Assembly: GCA_950072105.1 (NCBI GenBank)
Contig: CATMOE010000008.1
Span: 1-64,000, forward strand
DNA from: an uncultured Dehalococcoidia bacterium
GTDB taxonomy: Bacteria; Chloroflexota; Dehalococcoidia; Lucifugimonadales; UBA3495
Length of the DNA stretch: 64,000 nucleotides
Reading direction: 5' to 3'
A model generated the notes under the pieces. The model was not told where the DNA came from and did no database searches. It saw nothing but the letters and a program-made list of their open reading frames with translations. Position numbers and translations under genes: made by a program. Positions within the stretch are counted from its first letter, which is position 1. Each line of letters opens with the position of its first letter. This document shows positions 1-9,752 of this stretch, in pieces.

Positions 1-147
1 GAGATGTTCCAACGGGAACAGCCAAGGGAACGACCAGCAGGGCAAGAAGTGGTTTTAATTCCCGGAGTCAACACAACGCCTCTGGCAGCGGAAGACTCTC
101 TTAATCTAGCCCCGTTATTGTTCAAATAACCGGGACCACCTCATGTT

Positions 148-222
148 TGGTCGGAGTGAGTGACTCAAACCACCGGTCTCTTCTTCCGGAACGAAGCACG
201 CTAGCCACTGCGCTACACCCCA
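148..222 (-). pseudogene. Degenerate tRNA with a tRNA-Pro-like body (pseudo-tRNA)
   Basis: Reverse complement TGGGGTGTAGCGCAGTGGCTAGCGTGCTTCGTTCCGGAAGAAGAGACCGGTGGTTTGAGTCACTCACTCCGACCA has an acceptor stem, D arm and CCA end. The T loop is TTTGAGT, the T stem is one base short, the anticodon stem has a G-A mismatch, and the anticodon reads CCG. Confidence 0.7.
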
Positions 223-755
223 ACATGCCGGGATTCACATTGTCCGATAGGGCTTACCAACCGCTGAGGATCCACATCTAAACCACGCTTTTCAACCAAG
301 CAATGGACCCGATTTGTATCCACTGAGATCCTTGGGAAGTTGGTTGCTGGGCGGTTGGACCCTACTCAGTCTCTCAATACCCAAGTATTGTTGGCTACCG
401 GCATCATCGTAATCGGGGTCGATGAATGGGTCGTTAAGCTAGCCAATGTCGCTTAGTAGACGGGGAGTTCGACTAGGGTCGGCTGTTCACTATTTAACAA
501 CGAAGGTGGTAGTTCGTATACCTGGCGTTCATCCATAGGCAGGGTCTAGTCCTTAGTAATCGGACGGGGGACCTAGTGAGAGTCCATCGATAGCGGAACA
601 GGGATTGGTGATGAAGGCCGCCACTCTCTTGCCACCGCAGATCTTCCGCAAGCGGCCCTACTGAGCCATGCTCTTCGCCTCCTAAATGACCGAGCCAGGC
701 GGCGATGTGGGTGTTTGCACGGATCGAATTAAACTATGTTATCTCAGATGAAATC

Positions 756-1127
756 ATGACATTCCGGCAACAGGCAATCGATCTCCTTGAGATGTACGCA
801 TCAGGGGAGGAGCAGCGCAATTATCAAAGGGATGTGCCGCACGTGCCCGTGCCGGTTGAACTTGTCTGTATGTGGTTCGACGACTTCTGGCACGTCGGGA
901 AGGAGCCACCTGTCGCCGCCTTCGCTGAGCAATGGAACGCCAGTATTGAGAGGTTCTGCCAGTGTTTCACCGCAGCGGAACTCGAGGCGTTGAAGGACTT
1001 CCACCAATTTTTCAGCACCCGAGCGGACGGCCTGCCGGAATCTGATCTAGAGCAGTTGCTCGGAAGCCCCGCTTGGCAAGAAGTCATGTGGAAGGCCCGG
1101 GAGACGTTAGAGGCATTCAAGAAGTAG
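756..1127 (+). CDS. Hypothetical acidic helical protein (possible orphan immunity-type protein)
   Basis: Open frame with protein-like composition. Start is uncertain (705 or 756). Confidence 0.6.
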   Translation: MTFRQQAIDLLEMYASGEEQRNYQRDVPHVPVPVELVCMWFDDFWHVGKEPPVAAFAEQWNASIERFCQCFTAAELEALKDFHQFFSTRADGLPESDLEQLLGSPAWQEVMWKARETLEAFKK

Positions 1128-1961
1128 TTGTAAAACCAGGTACCCACGCGGTACCTCCGGAGATAAAGGACCTCTGGACTAGGTGCCAAGAGATCAAATC
1201 TCAGCGCCGGAATATCGCGGCCGGCCGCCGACGCAGGCCTAACCGCCATTCCCCCTTTTCCCGCGGCTCACATGCCACCGGTGTGGTGATCCCTACCACG
1301 GCGAAGCGGTCCGCAAAGGTGAACAGATTGACCTTCGTCTACCTCACGATCGCCGAGGATCCCACCGGCAGTGTAACCCCAAGCTCCGTTCCCAGTCGGT
1401 ATCGGCTTTAGTGGATTAGATGGGCCAACGGGTTCTTCCCGATTTGAAACTCGACAACACGTGGAAAATCCGCGTCATTGCCGCTCCAAAGTGCCAAGAT
1501 CCTGAAGTCTCAGACCAAGAGCGGGGTCAGCAGGACCGATTGGGCTAGGCTATAGAAAGCCTAAGGAAGCAGCATCTATGTGGCGATCGATCCGACGAAA
1601 ATTACCGGCGGAAAAAAGGAGCCCTGGACCGACAGATGAAACTGGTAGCAAAGCCTGCACAGAATCCGGAGCATCACGATCGACGGCAAAAACTTCGTCA
1701 GCGTTGAGCCCAACCCGTCATACATCCCGTTATTCGCCGCCATGGTGACCGGACAAAAACTTGGGAATCGTGCGCTCAACTCTCCCCCGTCTCCACGAGG
1801 AACAACAGAATCAAGCCGCCTGACTGAGCCTATTAAGCCACGAATTGACACCAAGTATCACGATACCTGGCACTAATTTGTATGTCGGTGGCGATTGCTC
1901 AACCCAGGACGAACGAGAGGCGCTGACAGCTATTGGCATCAGGTACGACCAGTGATCTACC

Positions 1962-4412
1962 CTACGCCGTTTGGGCTGCCAGGACCTGCGTGGCCAAGAT
2001 CAGGCCGGAGTCATCGTCCGCGTCCACCACCACGTGGTCGCCTTCTTGGAACTCTCCAGAAAGTATCTTTTTGGAGAGTTGGTTCTCCAGGTGGCGCTGC
2101 ACGGCGCGGCGCAAGGGCCGGGCGCCAAAGTCTGGGTCGAAGCCTTCCTTGGCCAGCCAGAGGCCGGCGGCAGCCGTGAGTTCAAAGGTGATCTTCCGGT
2201 CCTGCAAACGCTGCTGCACATCTTTGACCATCAGGTCTACCACCTGGACGATCTGTTCCTGGGTCAATGGGTGAAATATTATGGTCTCGTCGATCCGGTT
2301 TAGAAATTCGGGGCGGAATGTCCGTTTCAAGGCCTCGTTCACCGAATCCCCCAAGCGTTGGTCCTCGGTGTCCTTTGCCCGGCTATCGGTGCGGAAGCCG
2401 AAGGGCTGCCGCCGCATGTTTTCGATGCCCAGGTTGCTGGTCATGATGATGACTGTGTTGCGGAAATCGACGGTGCGGCCGTGTCCGTCGGTAAGGCGTC
2501 CATCCTCTAGGATCTGTAAAAGGATGTTGAAGACATCCGGGTGGGCCTTTTCGATCTCGTCGAAGAGGACTACCCGGTAAGGGCGGCGCCGCACCGCCTC
2601 GGTGAGCTGCCCCGCCTCGTCGTAGCCCACATATCCCGGAGGCGCTCCAATGAGACGAGATACGCTGTGTTTTTCCATGTACTCCGACATGTCCACCCGT
2701 ATCATATTGCTCTCATCGTCGAAGAGGAACTCAGCCAGGGCTCTGGCTAGCTCGGTCTTGCCCACGCCCGTGGGGCCCAGGAAGATGAAGCTGCCAATGG
2801 GACGCTTTGGGTCGCTGATGCCCGACCGGGAACGGCGAATGGCTTCGGACACGGCATTAACCGCTTCTTCCTGGCCGATGATTCGCTGGTGCAGGCCTTC
2901 CTCCATATTAACCAACCGCTCCGCCTCGCCACCCAACAGCCGTCCGGTGGGGATACCGGTCCACTTGGATACAAGCTCGGCTATGTCAGATTCGTCCACC
3001 ACCATGTCGATGTCGCGTTCATCCAACAGCCTTTGCTTTTCCGCCTCGTATTCCTCCTCCAAGCGGAGGCGATCGGTGCGAATCTCGGCCGCCTGCTCGT
3101 ACTCGGAACGCTGGGCCGCCGCGTCCTCTTGGTCCGCTAATCGGCGGATATGCTCTTCAGACTTCTTTAGCTGCGAAGGAAAGCTTTCAGCGTCGATGCG
3201 TAGCTTGCTGGCCGCCTCGTCTATAAAGTCCACCGCCTTGTCAGGTAGATGGCGGTCCACGATGTACCGGTCGCTAAGGCGTGCTGCCGCTTCCAGAGCC
3301 GAATCGTTGATCTGGACCTTGTGGTGGGCTTCGTAGCGGGGCCGCAGGACTTGCAGAATTTCCACCGTCTCGTCCACTGTGGGCTCTTCCAAGTAGATCG
3401 GTTGGAAACGCCGTTCTAGGGCTGAGTCCTTCTCGATGTACCGCCGGTATTCGGCGGTGGTGGTGGCGCCGATACACTGCAACTCGCCCCTGGCCAAAGC
3501 GGGCTTGAGCAAGTTGCTGGCGTCGATACCGCCCTCGGCGGCCCCGGCTCCCACCATGGTGTGGATCTCATCCAGGAAGAGAATAACCTCTCCTTGGGCC
3601 TGCTTGACCTCGTCCATAACCGATTTGAGCCGCTCTTCAAACTCCCCACGGAACTTGGAGCCCGCCACCAGTCCGCCCATGTCCAGGGCCAACACCCGCC
3701 GGTTTTTCAGCGAGCTGGGCACGTCACCGGCCACTATGCGGGAGGCCAGCCCCTCGGCTATGGCCGTTTTACCCACGCCGGCTTCCCCGATGATGACCGG
3801 ATTGTTCTTTTTCCGGCGGCTCAACGTCTGCATCACCTGCCGGATCTCATCGTCCCGGCCCACGACCGGGTCTAGCTTGCCTTCCCGTGCCAGCTTGGTC
3901 AGGTCGATGGTGTATTTTTCCAAGGAACGATAGTGGCTCTCCGCTCGAGGGTCGTCCACTCGGTGGCCGCCTCGTACCGTCATCAAGGCTTGGTACACCT
4001 TTTCCTGGTCGATGCCGAATTCCTTGAGAATCGCGGCGGAATCGCCCTGAGTCTCCATGGTGGTGGCGATGAAAAGGTGCTCGGCGCCGATATATTCGTC
4101 CTTGAGCCTATCCGCCTCGCTCTTGGCGTTTTCCAACAACCGGGTTGCTCGGGGAGTCGCGTAGATCTGGGTGTTCTCAAAGGTCACTTTGGGGGCTTCC
4201 TCCAGCAGCTGATAGAGGCGGGCCTTAACCGCTTCGCTTTGAATGCCCAGTTCTGACAGAATGTTCTCCGGGATGCCTTGTTCCAGCTCCAGAAGGGCCG
4301 TTAGGACGTGCTCGACGTCCCATTGGGTATGCTGGTAGCGGCGCACCATATCCTGGGAGTTGTTCAAAACTTCTTGCGCTTGTTCAGTGAATTGTTCCGG
4401 TTTCAGTACCAT
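1962..4412 (-). CDS. clpC: ATP-dependent Clp ATPase/chaperone (ClpC/ClpB family)
   Basis: Clp N repeats, two Walker A motifs ([16 protein letters not shown]), [16 protein letters not shown] pore loop, short middle domain, 816 aa. Confidence 0.9.
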   Translation of the reverse strand: MVLKPEQFTEQAQEVLNNSQDMVRRYQHTQWDVEHVLTALLELEQGIPENILSELGIQSEAVKARLYQLLEEAPKVTFENTQIYATPRATRLLENAKSEADRLKDEYIGAEHLFIATTMETQGDSAAILKEFGIDQEKVYQALMTVRGGHRVDDPRAESHYRSLEKYTIDLTKLAREGKLDPVVGRDDEIRQVMQTLSRRKKNNPVIIGEAGVGKTAIAEGLASRIVAGDVPSSLKNRRVLALDMGGLVAGSKFRGEFEERLKSVMDEVKQAQGEVILFLDEIHTMVGAGAAEGGIDASNLLKPALARGELQCIGATTTAEYRRYIEKDSALERRFQPIYLEEPTVDETVEILQVLRPRYEAHHKVQINDSALEAAARLSDRYIVDRHLPDKAVDFIDEAASKLRIDAESFPSQLKKSEEHIRRLADQEDAAAQRSEYEQAAEIRTDRLRLEEEYEAEKQRLLDERDIDMVVDESDIAELVSKWTGIPTGRLLGGEAERLVNMEEGLHQRIIGQEEAVNAVSEAIRRSRSGISDPKRPIGSFIFLGPTGVGKTELARALAEFLFDDESNMIRVDMSEYMEKHSVSRLIGAPPGYVGYDEAGQLTEAVRRRPYRVVLFDEIEKAHPDVFNILLQILEDGRLTDGHGRTVDFRNTVIIMTSNLGIENMRRQPFGFRTDSRAKDTEDQRLGDSVNEALKRTFRPEFLNRIDETIIFHPLTQEQIVQVVDLMVKDVQQRLQDRKITFELTAAAGLWLAKEGFDPDFGARPLRRAVQRHLENQLSKKILSGEFQEGDHVVVDADDDSGLILATQVLAAQTA

Positions 4413-4423
4413 GGGATTGTCTC

Positions 4424-4783
4424 CTAGACTACTTGATTGGGTCCGCGCCGACGGTTGGATGGGCCGTTTCGGTCCCGCAGGCGGGTGACTTCATTGGTTA
4501 GGGTTTGGACGTCGGATTCCAATTGTTCGATGCGGTTCATCAGCTTTAGGGCCACTTCCGCCCCCGCCAAGTTGACGCCCATGTCCTCGGTGAGGGTTTT
4601 GATGCGATGTAGCCGTTCGATGTCGGCCATGGAGAAAAGCCTCTGCCTGCCTTCCGTCCTTGATGGCGAAATCAGGCTCACTTTCTCGTAGTAACGAAGA
4701 GTTTGGGCGTGAACTCCCACCATACGGGCGGCTACGCTGATGACGAAGCAAGGGTTTTCTCTGAATTGGTGTTCGGTGGCCAT
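4424..4783 (-). CDS. hspR: MerR-family heat-shock repressor HspR
   Basis: ISVAARMVGVHAQTLRYYE and GVNLAG motifs; lies between the J-domain gene and the clp gene. Confidence 0.85.
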   Translation of the reverse strand: MATEHQFRENPCFVISVAARMVGVHAQTLRYYEKVSLISPSRTEGRQRLFSMADIERLHRIKTLTEDMGVNLAGAEVALKLMNRIEQLESDVQTLTNEVTRLRDRNGPSNRRRGPNQVV

Positions 4784-4785
4784 TT

Positions 4786-5670
4786 TTAACTCCCCTTTCC
4801 GGCCCGCAATTCCTTAAAGCGAAGGAACAACTCTTGCTCCTCGGGGCTTAAGTCTGTGGGCAAAGTGACTTTGATGGTGGCGTACAGGTCTCCTTTGACA
4901 TCGGGCTCGTTAAGGACCGGCATCCCCTGTCCTGCCAAGCGGAACCGGCGGCCGTTTTGAGTCTCTGGTGGAATGGTGAGCGCCAGGCGTCCGGTCAAGG
5001 TGGTGACGGTCAAGTCGCTGCCCAAGACGGCGTCTTCCAACGGGGTCTCCACCTCGGTATATAAGTCCTTGCCTTGCCGCCGGAATCGCGGATGTTCTTT
5101 GATGGACACAACCAGGAAGAACTCTCCTTCCGAACCACCGTCGGGGGCGAAGTGGATCTTGGAGCCGTTGTCGACGCCCGCCGGGATCTTCACTTCCAAA
5201 CGGCGTCCGCCGGGCAACCCCACCAGCCGGATGGCCCCCTTGTGGGCTTCTTCCAGAGAGATCTCGGTAGGATATTCGGTGGGCGGTGGTTTTGTTGGCC
5301 GTGGAGCAGAATCACGTTGCCCCATGTCGTTAAACAGATTATCGAAAATGCTGCCGCCCATGCCGGAGAAAGAAACCGAGTCGTTGCCGGATTGACCCGA
5401 CCAGCGGAACCCGCCCCGGCGCCCCCGTGCCGCCTCCTCGATGCGTTCGGAGTTGGCCCAGTTGTCGCCGTGTCTATCGTACCGGCGGCGTTTGTCCTCG
5501 TCGGACAGAACGCTGTAAGCCTCGTTGATCTGCTTGAATTTTTCCTCCGACGTTTTCTCGCCACCGTTCACGTCGGGGTGGAATTGCCGGGCCATGCCCC
5601 GGTAAGCCTGCCGGATATCTTTCTGGCTGGCATTCCTGGGGACGCCTAATGTGTCATAGAAATCGGCCAT
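4786..5670 (-). CDS. Class B J-domain chaperone (CbpA/DnaJ-like, no zinc finger)
   Basis: HPD J-domain, G/F-rich region and DnaJ C-terminal domain; no CxxCxGxG repeats. Confidence 0.9.
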   Translation of the reverse strand: MADFYDTLGVPRNASQKDIRQAYRGMARQFHPDVNGGEKTSEEKFKQINEAYSVLSDEDKRRRYDRHGDNWANSERIEEAARGRRGGFRWSGQSGNDSVSFSGMGGSIFDNLFNDMGQRDSAPRPTKPPPTEYPTEISLEEAHKGAIRLVGLPGGRRLEVKIPAGVDNGSKIHFAPDGGSEGEFFLVVSIKEHPRFRRQGKDLYTEVETPLEDAVLGSDLTVTTLTGRLALTIPPETQNGRRFRLAGQGMPVLNEPDVKGDLYATIKVTLPTDLSPEEQELFLRFKELRAGKGS

Positions 5671-5697
5671 GGGAATGCTCCTGTGTTACTAGACGAC

Positions 5698-5727
5698 AGT
5701 ATAGCTAAATTGACCGAAACAGTCAAT
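5698..5727 (-). promoter_or_regulatory. Sigma70 promoter of the cbpA-hspR-clp operon with an overlapping inverted repeat
   Basis: TTGACT-17-TATACT on the minus strand; ATTGAC-N7-GTCAAT at 5709-5727. Confidence 0.7.
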
Positions 5728-5777
5728 GTATCTTCTTTAATGCCAATAATGTAAAAGATAAATATAGTATAAAGATA

Positions 5778-5807
5778 CTTGACAAGTAACACTCAAGTTT
5801 ATATACT
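5778..5807 (+). promoter_or_regulatory. Sigma70 promoter of hsp20 with a HAIR-like operator
   Basis: TTGACA-17-TATACT; CTTGACA-N6-ACTCAAG at 5778-5797 resembles HAIR (CTTGAGT-N7-ACTCAAG). Confidence 0.7.
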
Positions 5808-5887
5808 ACGGTTTGCAAGGTAACGGAGGGTATACAGACCTAGCCGGAGCCGAGATTCACTTAACTTCCTTAGGAGGAATGCAGAAA

Positions 5888-6367
5888 ATGTTACTACAGC
5901 GTTGGGACCCATTATTCGACTTCAGGCGAAGGCACTACACCACGGATCGTTTCGTGCGCGGATTTCCCCAGGCCGTGAATGGCGGGGAAACCAAGAGGTG
6001 GTCCATAGCCCTGGACGCCGTTGAGGAGGACGATAAACTGGTCGTTCGCGCCTCTTTGCCCGGAATCGCTCCGGAGGAGATTAAAGTAACCATCGAGGAC
6101 GGCGTGCTCACCATTGACGGTGAGACCAAGGTCGATGAGGAAGGAAAGGTAGGTAACTACCTGATCCGGGAGCGCCGCACCGGCTCGTTCCACCGCGCCG
6201 TGCGTCTACCCGACACGGTGGACGTCGATCAAGCCGAGACGAACTACGATGAGGGCATCCTCACCGTCGCCTTTCCCAAGGCTGAGTCCAAGCGTGCCAG
6301 ACAGCTAACCGTGACCAGCGGGAAGGCCGTAACCTCCGGCCAGGAGCCGAAGAGCGACAAGAAGTAA
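5888..6367 (+). CDS. Hsp20/alpha-crystallin small heat-shock protein
   Basis: LPG..PEEIKV, RERRTGSFHRAVRLP and YDEGILTVAFPK motifs; AGGAGG RBS at 5872-5877. Confidence 0.9.
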   Translation: MLLQRWDPLFDFRRRHYTTDRFVRGFPQAVNGGETKRWSIALDAVEEDDKLVVRASLPGIAPEEIKVTIEDGVLTIDGETKVDEEGKVGNYLIRERRTGSFHRAVRLPDTVDVDQAETNYDEGILTVAFPKAESKRARQLTVTSGKAVTSGQEPKSDKK

Positions 6368-6390
6368 TCCCCGCTCTTCCCCCTCCGGCG

Positions 6391-6435
6391 ATGGGGGAGC
6401 GCTCCGCACGTTGGGGCGTTCCCCCATTGTTTTTT
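6391..6435 (+). terminator. Intrinsic terminator after hsp20
   Basis: ATGGGGGAGCGCTCC/GGGGCGTTCCCCCAT stem followed by a T tract. Confidence 0.75.
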
Positions 6436-6471
6436 CGAAGGGTGGATCACTTAGATGCAGGAGGCAATCCA

Positions 6472-6690
6472 ATGGTAGCTCTAGACGTTAGACCCAAAGA
6501 CGAAGCAGAAATAAATTCAGAAGCAACCGAACCGGTGGACATGGCGATGGAAGAATCAAACGTGACGAATAATGGCGGGGGCGAGAATTCCACCTGGTCT
6601 TATTCGATGCCGTTTCCAGGCGTGCGCTATTACTCTTTCGACCGGCCGGATCCAGTCAAAACTCCGGGCGAGGCAGCCGCGGGGCACTGA
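6472..6690 (+). CDS. Small hypothetical protein (72 aa)
   Basis: Strong AGGAGG RBS 7 nt before the ATG. Confidence 0.55.
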   Translation: MVALDVRPKDEAEINSEATEPVDMAMEESNVTNNGGGENSTWSYSMPFPGVRYYSFDRPDPVKTPGEAAAGH

Positions 6691-6791
6691 TCTAAGAAGA
6701 GTTTGCGCGACTCTTAGCGCAAACCCTTATTGACACTGGGGCCGCCGGCTGACTTCTTGAGGGAAAGAATACCTGGGTGGCCGGGCCGCCC

Positions 6792-6825
6792 AAAAAATAG
6801 GAGGGGAGTGTTAACACTCCCCTCC
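6792..6825 (-). terminator. Intrinsic terminator (perfect 26-bp palindrome)
   Basis: GGAGGGGAGTGTTAACACTCCCCTCC at 6800-6825 with an A6 run at 6792-6797 (U tract on the minus strand). Confidence 0.7.
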
Positions 6826-6870
6826 ATTCATTTTCCTGGGGAACTCCGAAAGAGATAAATAAACCGCGGA

Positions 6871-7028
6871 GTCCCCCGTGAGGAAGGCGCCCTGGGGGTC
6901 GGGTGCCTACGCTTGGGGAGGCGGGGATACATACTAAGATGCCAGCCGGAGCAAGTCCGCTGTTCCACTCCTCCGACAGACTATACGGTTCCCGAAAGAA
7001 TATGGATTCGCGTACAGGGACGTAATTC
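6871..7028 (-). ncRNA. Candidate structured ncRNA, possibly 6S RNA
   Basis: Ends pair (GTCCCTGT/ACGGGGGAC) with nested pairs TCGGG/CCCGA and GGAGG/CCTCC. A downstream terminator is present and there is no credible ORF. Confidence 0.45.
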
Positions 7029-7092
7029 AACCAGTTTTAACTCTCACTACCATGATGCCCCGGTCCGTTCCCACCCATGCGGGGCCGAGCGG

Positions 7093-7121
7093 TTGAGTGT
7101 TGAACCCGTAGGTGCTAAAAT
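7093..7121 (+). promoter_or_regulatory. Promoter of tRNA-Asn
   Basis: TTGAGT-17-TAAAAT with an extended TG. Confidence 0.55.
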
Positions 7122-7164
7122 TCTATCAGCCACCTTATGGTGCGCTTTGTACCTGGCCTCACGT

Positions 7165-7239
7165 TCCCGAGTAGCTCAGCGGTAGAGCGGGCGGCTGTTA
7201 ACCGCTAGGTCCGAGGTTCGAATCCTCGCTCGGGAGCCA
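7165..7239 (+). tRNA. tRNA-Asn(GTT)
   Basis: Canonical cloverleaf TCCCGAG...CTCGGGA GCCA, anticodon loop CT-GTT-AA, GGTTCGAATCC. Confidence 0.97.
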
Positions 7240-7884
7240 AACAACCAAACCAATATCTAGTTAAATCCCGTCGTGCGACTCCTGGTTCTTTAAGCGTCGT
7301 TTCGCTTAGACTAGATACATCTTCAATTCATATTCAGACCGCTGATGTTTCGCGCCTCATAGAATCGTTGCGCAAAGCAGATCCGGAGCTGAACGGGCAT
7401 GGCCAGCCGGGTGAAGTCTGAACCGAATTGTAGATCACCACATCGCCGCGATGCAGTCGTATGGGCAGTCCATCGCGGTGTTCAATCCGATGGTTGGGAG
7501 TAAACGGGAAAGAATGGATTACAAATTGTTCGACGATCACACTAAGGAATTTCTTGGCTGGCTGCGGAACCAAGGATTCCCGGCGGCAGGTAATATCATT
7601 TCCTCGAAAGGGAGAAACCGGAAAGTAACGGACGTGGAAGTACAAAAAAACACCCAGACTCTCAGCGCGGCAATCGTATTCGCGCACGAGATCTAGGGTA
7701 AATATAACTGCGGCGAATACTTCCTAACGGCTGGTTTAGTCCAGCTACGACTATCATAGAGCATTCCATGGACAGTCGCGGAAATCATCTTTATTTCTCT
7801 AAAGTTGCGCTTGATGCCCAGACCCTTGCCATTCCCACGCCCACTCGATAGACTCGGCTCATAACAAAAAGGAGCCTTTGTCGA

Positions 7885-8886
7885 ATGGCAGAGCAGATCC
7901 ATCCCGATATCGTTGCCCGGACCGTTGGAAGAGAATCGGTGCTCACTGTGGTTGGCGCGGCACCGGATGCCAGGGGGCCGTGGTCGTTCATTACCGGTAT
8001 CCCGAACCCCGGCTTCGATATGGTTGGGCCTCCTGCCCAATACCTGTCGGTGGCGGCTTGGGCCGCTTGAACCGCGGTCACGGTGGTAGGCGTGGCCTAC
8101 CGTGGCAACATCGCCCTGGAAGACATCAAGGTCGATTTTGAGGTGGAAGCGGTTGAGCTTCCCAATGCGATCGGGTTTGGTGTTAGGGAACTGGTCACCC
8201 TGAAAGGCCGGATATCGGAGTCTGAGCGGGTCCGGCTTGAGCGGGCTTCCCGGTATTGCCCGGTCGGACAGGCTCTAACCAAGGGTTCCATGGAGATCGA
8301 AGATGAGATTCGATGGAGCAATGGGGAGGTGGCCTGGGCCTCTCCATTGCAGGATTCCCTTCCCCCTTTGGACGGTGCTCTACCCACCATACCCACTGGA
8401 TCCGTCCATGGCCGATACCTTCTGGACACCAAGGAGTACGACGACGAAGGGAAGATGGAGCACGAAGGCGAGGCCAAGATTTCCATTCAATGCCAAAACC
8501 TAACTCGGACAAGCCGCTGGACCATACTTGGCGGACATAGCTCCGAAGGCTGGGTACCGCCACCGTTTCCCTTGGGCCATGCTGGGTGGGCAGCGTCGAC
8601 CGTTTCTACTTTGAGCCGTCTGTTGCCCCAAGGGAGGGAAGACGCAGATGGCCTGAGTGTGGAGTTGTATTTGGCGGCCGGTCGCGGCGGCAGGGGGCAG
8701 TCCCAGTCCAACGCCGCCGAGGGTGTGGTGGCTCGCCGCGGGGTAACGCGCCGGATAATGGTGCCCGGAACTCCCAGTACCACCCCCATCGAGGCGGTCC
8801 AAGCGGCGCTTCAACGCGACCCGATAACACTGGCCTACCTGAACGGGGGCGTCCTTTTACATGACGATGTGGTGGTAGAGTCGTAG
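7885..8886 (+). CDS. Tandem OsmC-like domain protein, probable selenoprotein (UGA at 8068-8070, codon 62), 333 aa
   Basis: ORFs 7885-8070 and 8083-8886 are in the same frame. The TGA sits at the first catalytic Cys position (AAWAA-U-TAVT), the partner motif YCPVGQAL is present, and a hairpin follows. Confidence 0.8.
8076..8106 (+). promoter_or_regulatory. Candidate bacterial SECIS for the OsmC-like gene
   Basis: GGTAGG-CGTGG-CCTACC stem-loop at 8085-8101 on a GTCAC/GTGGC lower stem, just 3' of the UGA. Confidence 0.55.
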
Positions 8887-8915
8887 GGTCGGATCCGCGG
8901 GAATGGCCGCCCGGT

Positions 8916-9722
8916 CTACCCCTTCAAGAACTCAATGATGTTGTCGCATACCTCTTCGAACCGCTCCATCATCACGAGATGCCTGGCGCCTTTGATGACC
9001 ACCAACCGCCCGTTCTGAACGCCGTCCGCAATGCCCCGGCCGCCGATGCCTTGGGGGCCCGTGTCGACGGGGGAGTTGGCCGAGAACTCGCCGTTGATGA
9101 CCAGGGTTGGGGCGGTGATGTTAGGCAGGTCCGGCCCCAGGTCGATGTCGTCACAGGCTTCCGAGGTCGCGATATACGTCTCCGGGGAAATCTCGCAAAA
9201 CGTTGACCGCATCTGGTCCAGTAAAGGTCCAGCTTCGGGACTGTCCAGAAAGTTTGAGGTCAGCACCGCCTGGGCCGTCAGTTCGGCGACCGCGATCATG
9301 CCCACGTTGGCGGCCAGGGCTTTGGCGAGTTTGCGGTTAAGGCGAAGCGCCGTATCGTACTTGGCCACCACTCCCACCAGGGCCAATTTATTCACCCGCT
9401 CCGGGTGTTGCGCCGCGAATTGCAAGGCGACCAAGCCCCCGGTGGATGTCCCGTGCAGATGGGCTTGCGGGATATCCAGAATGTCCATCAGATCGCGCAG
9501 GTCGTTGGTCCAGTCCTGCACTTTGTATCCCGGCGGCGTTGGCGTGCTCTTTCCGGTGCCTACCAGATCGTAATCGATCACCCGGAAGTGACGGGACAGG
9601 ACCGGTGTGACCTTGGAGAAATTCTTCAATCCCAAAGCGCCGCCAGGGATCTGCACCAATGGCTCGCCTTCGCCGTTGATCTCGTACCAGATCCGTTTCT
9701 CGCCTAGATCGGCAAATGGCAT
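8916..9722 (-). CDS. Alpha/beta fold hydrolase
   Basis: GTSTGG nucleophile elbow and GARH catalytic His. Confidence 0.88.
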   Translation of the reverse strand: MPFADLGEKRIWYEINGEGEPLVQIPGGALGLKNFSKVTPVLSRHFRVIDYDLVGTGKSTPTPPGYKVQDWTNDLRDLMDILDIPQAHLHGTSTGGLVALQFAAQHPERVNKLALVGVVAKYDTALRLNRKLAKALAANVGMIAVAELTAQAVLTSNFLDSPEAGPLLDQMRSTFCEISPETYIATSEACDDIDLGPDLPNITAPTLVINGEFSANSPVDTGPQGIGGRGIADGVQNGRLVVIKGARHLVMMERFEEVCDNIIEFLKG

Positions 9723-9752
9723 ATCCGCCCCCTTTAAAGTGACTCTGGCAGG

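Noticed and set aside
619..640. RHSLAT peptide resembling a tyrosine-integrase motif
   Set aside because: Only six residues, with no supporting ORF.
5860..5890. RNA thermometer in the hsp20 leader
   Set aside because: The pairing over the SD sequence is only about 4 bp or needs an impossible loop; not supportable by eye.
7330..7700. ORFs 7451-7696 (+) and 7334-7687 (-) after tRNA-Asn
   Set aside because: No RBS or recognisable family; probably a decayed fragment that I cannot assign.
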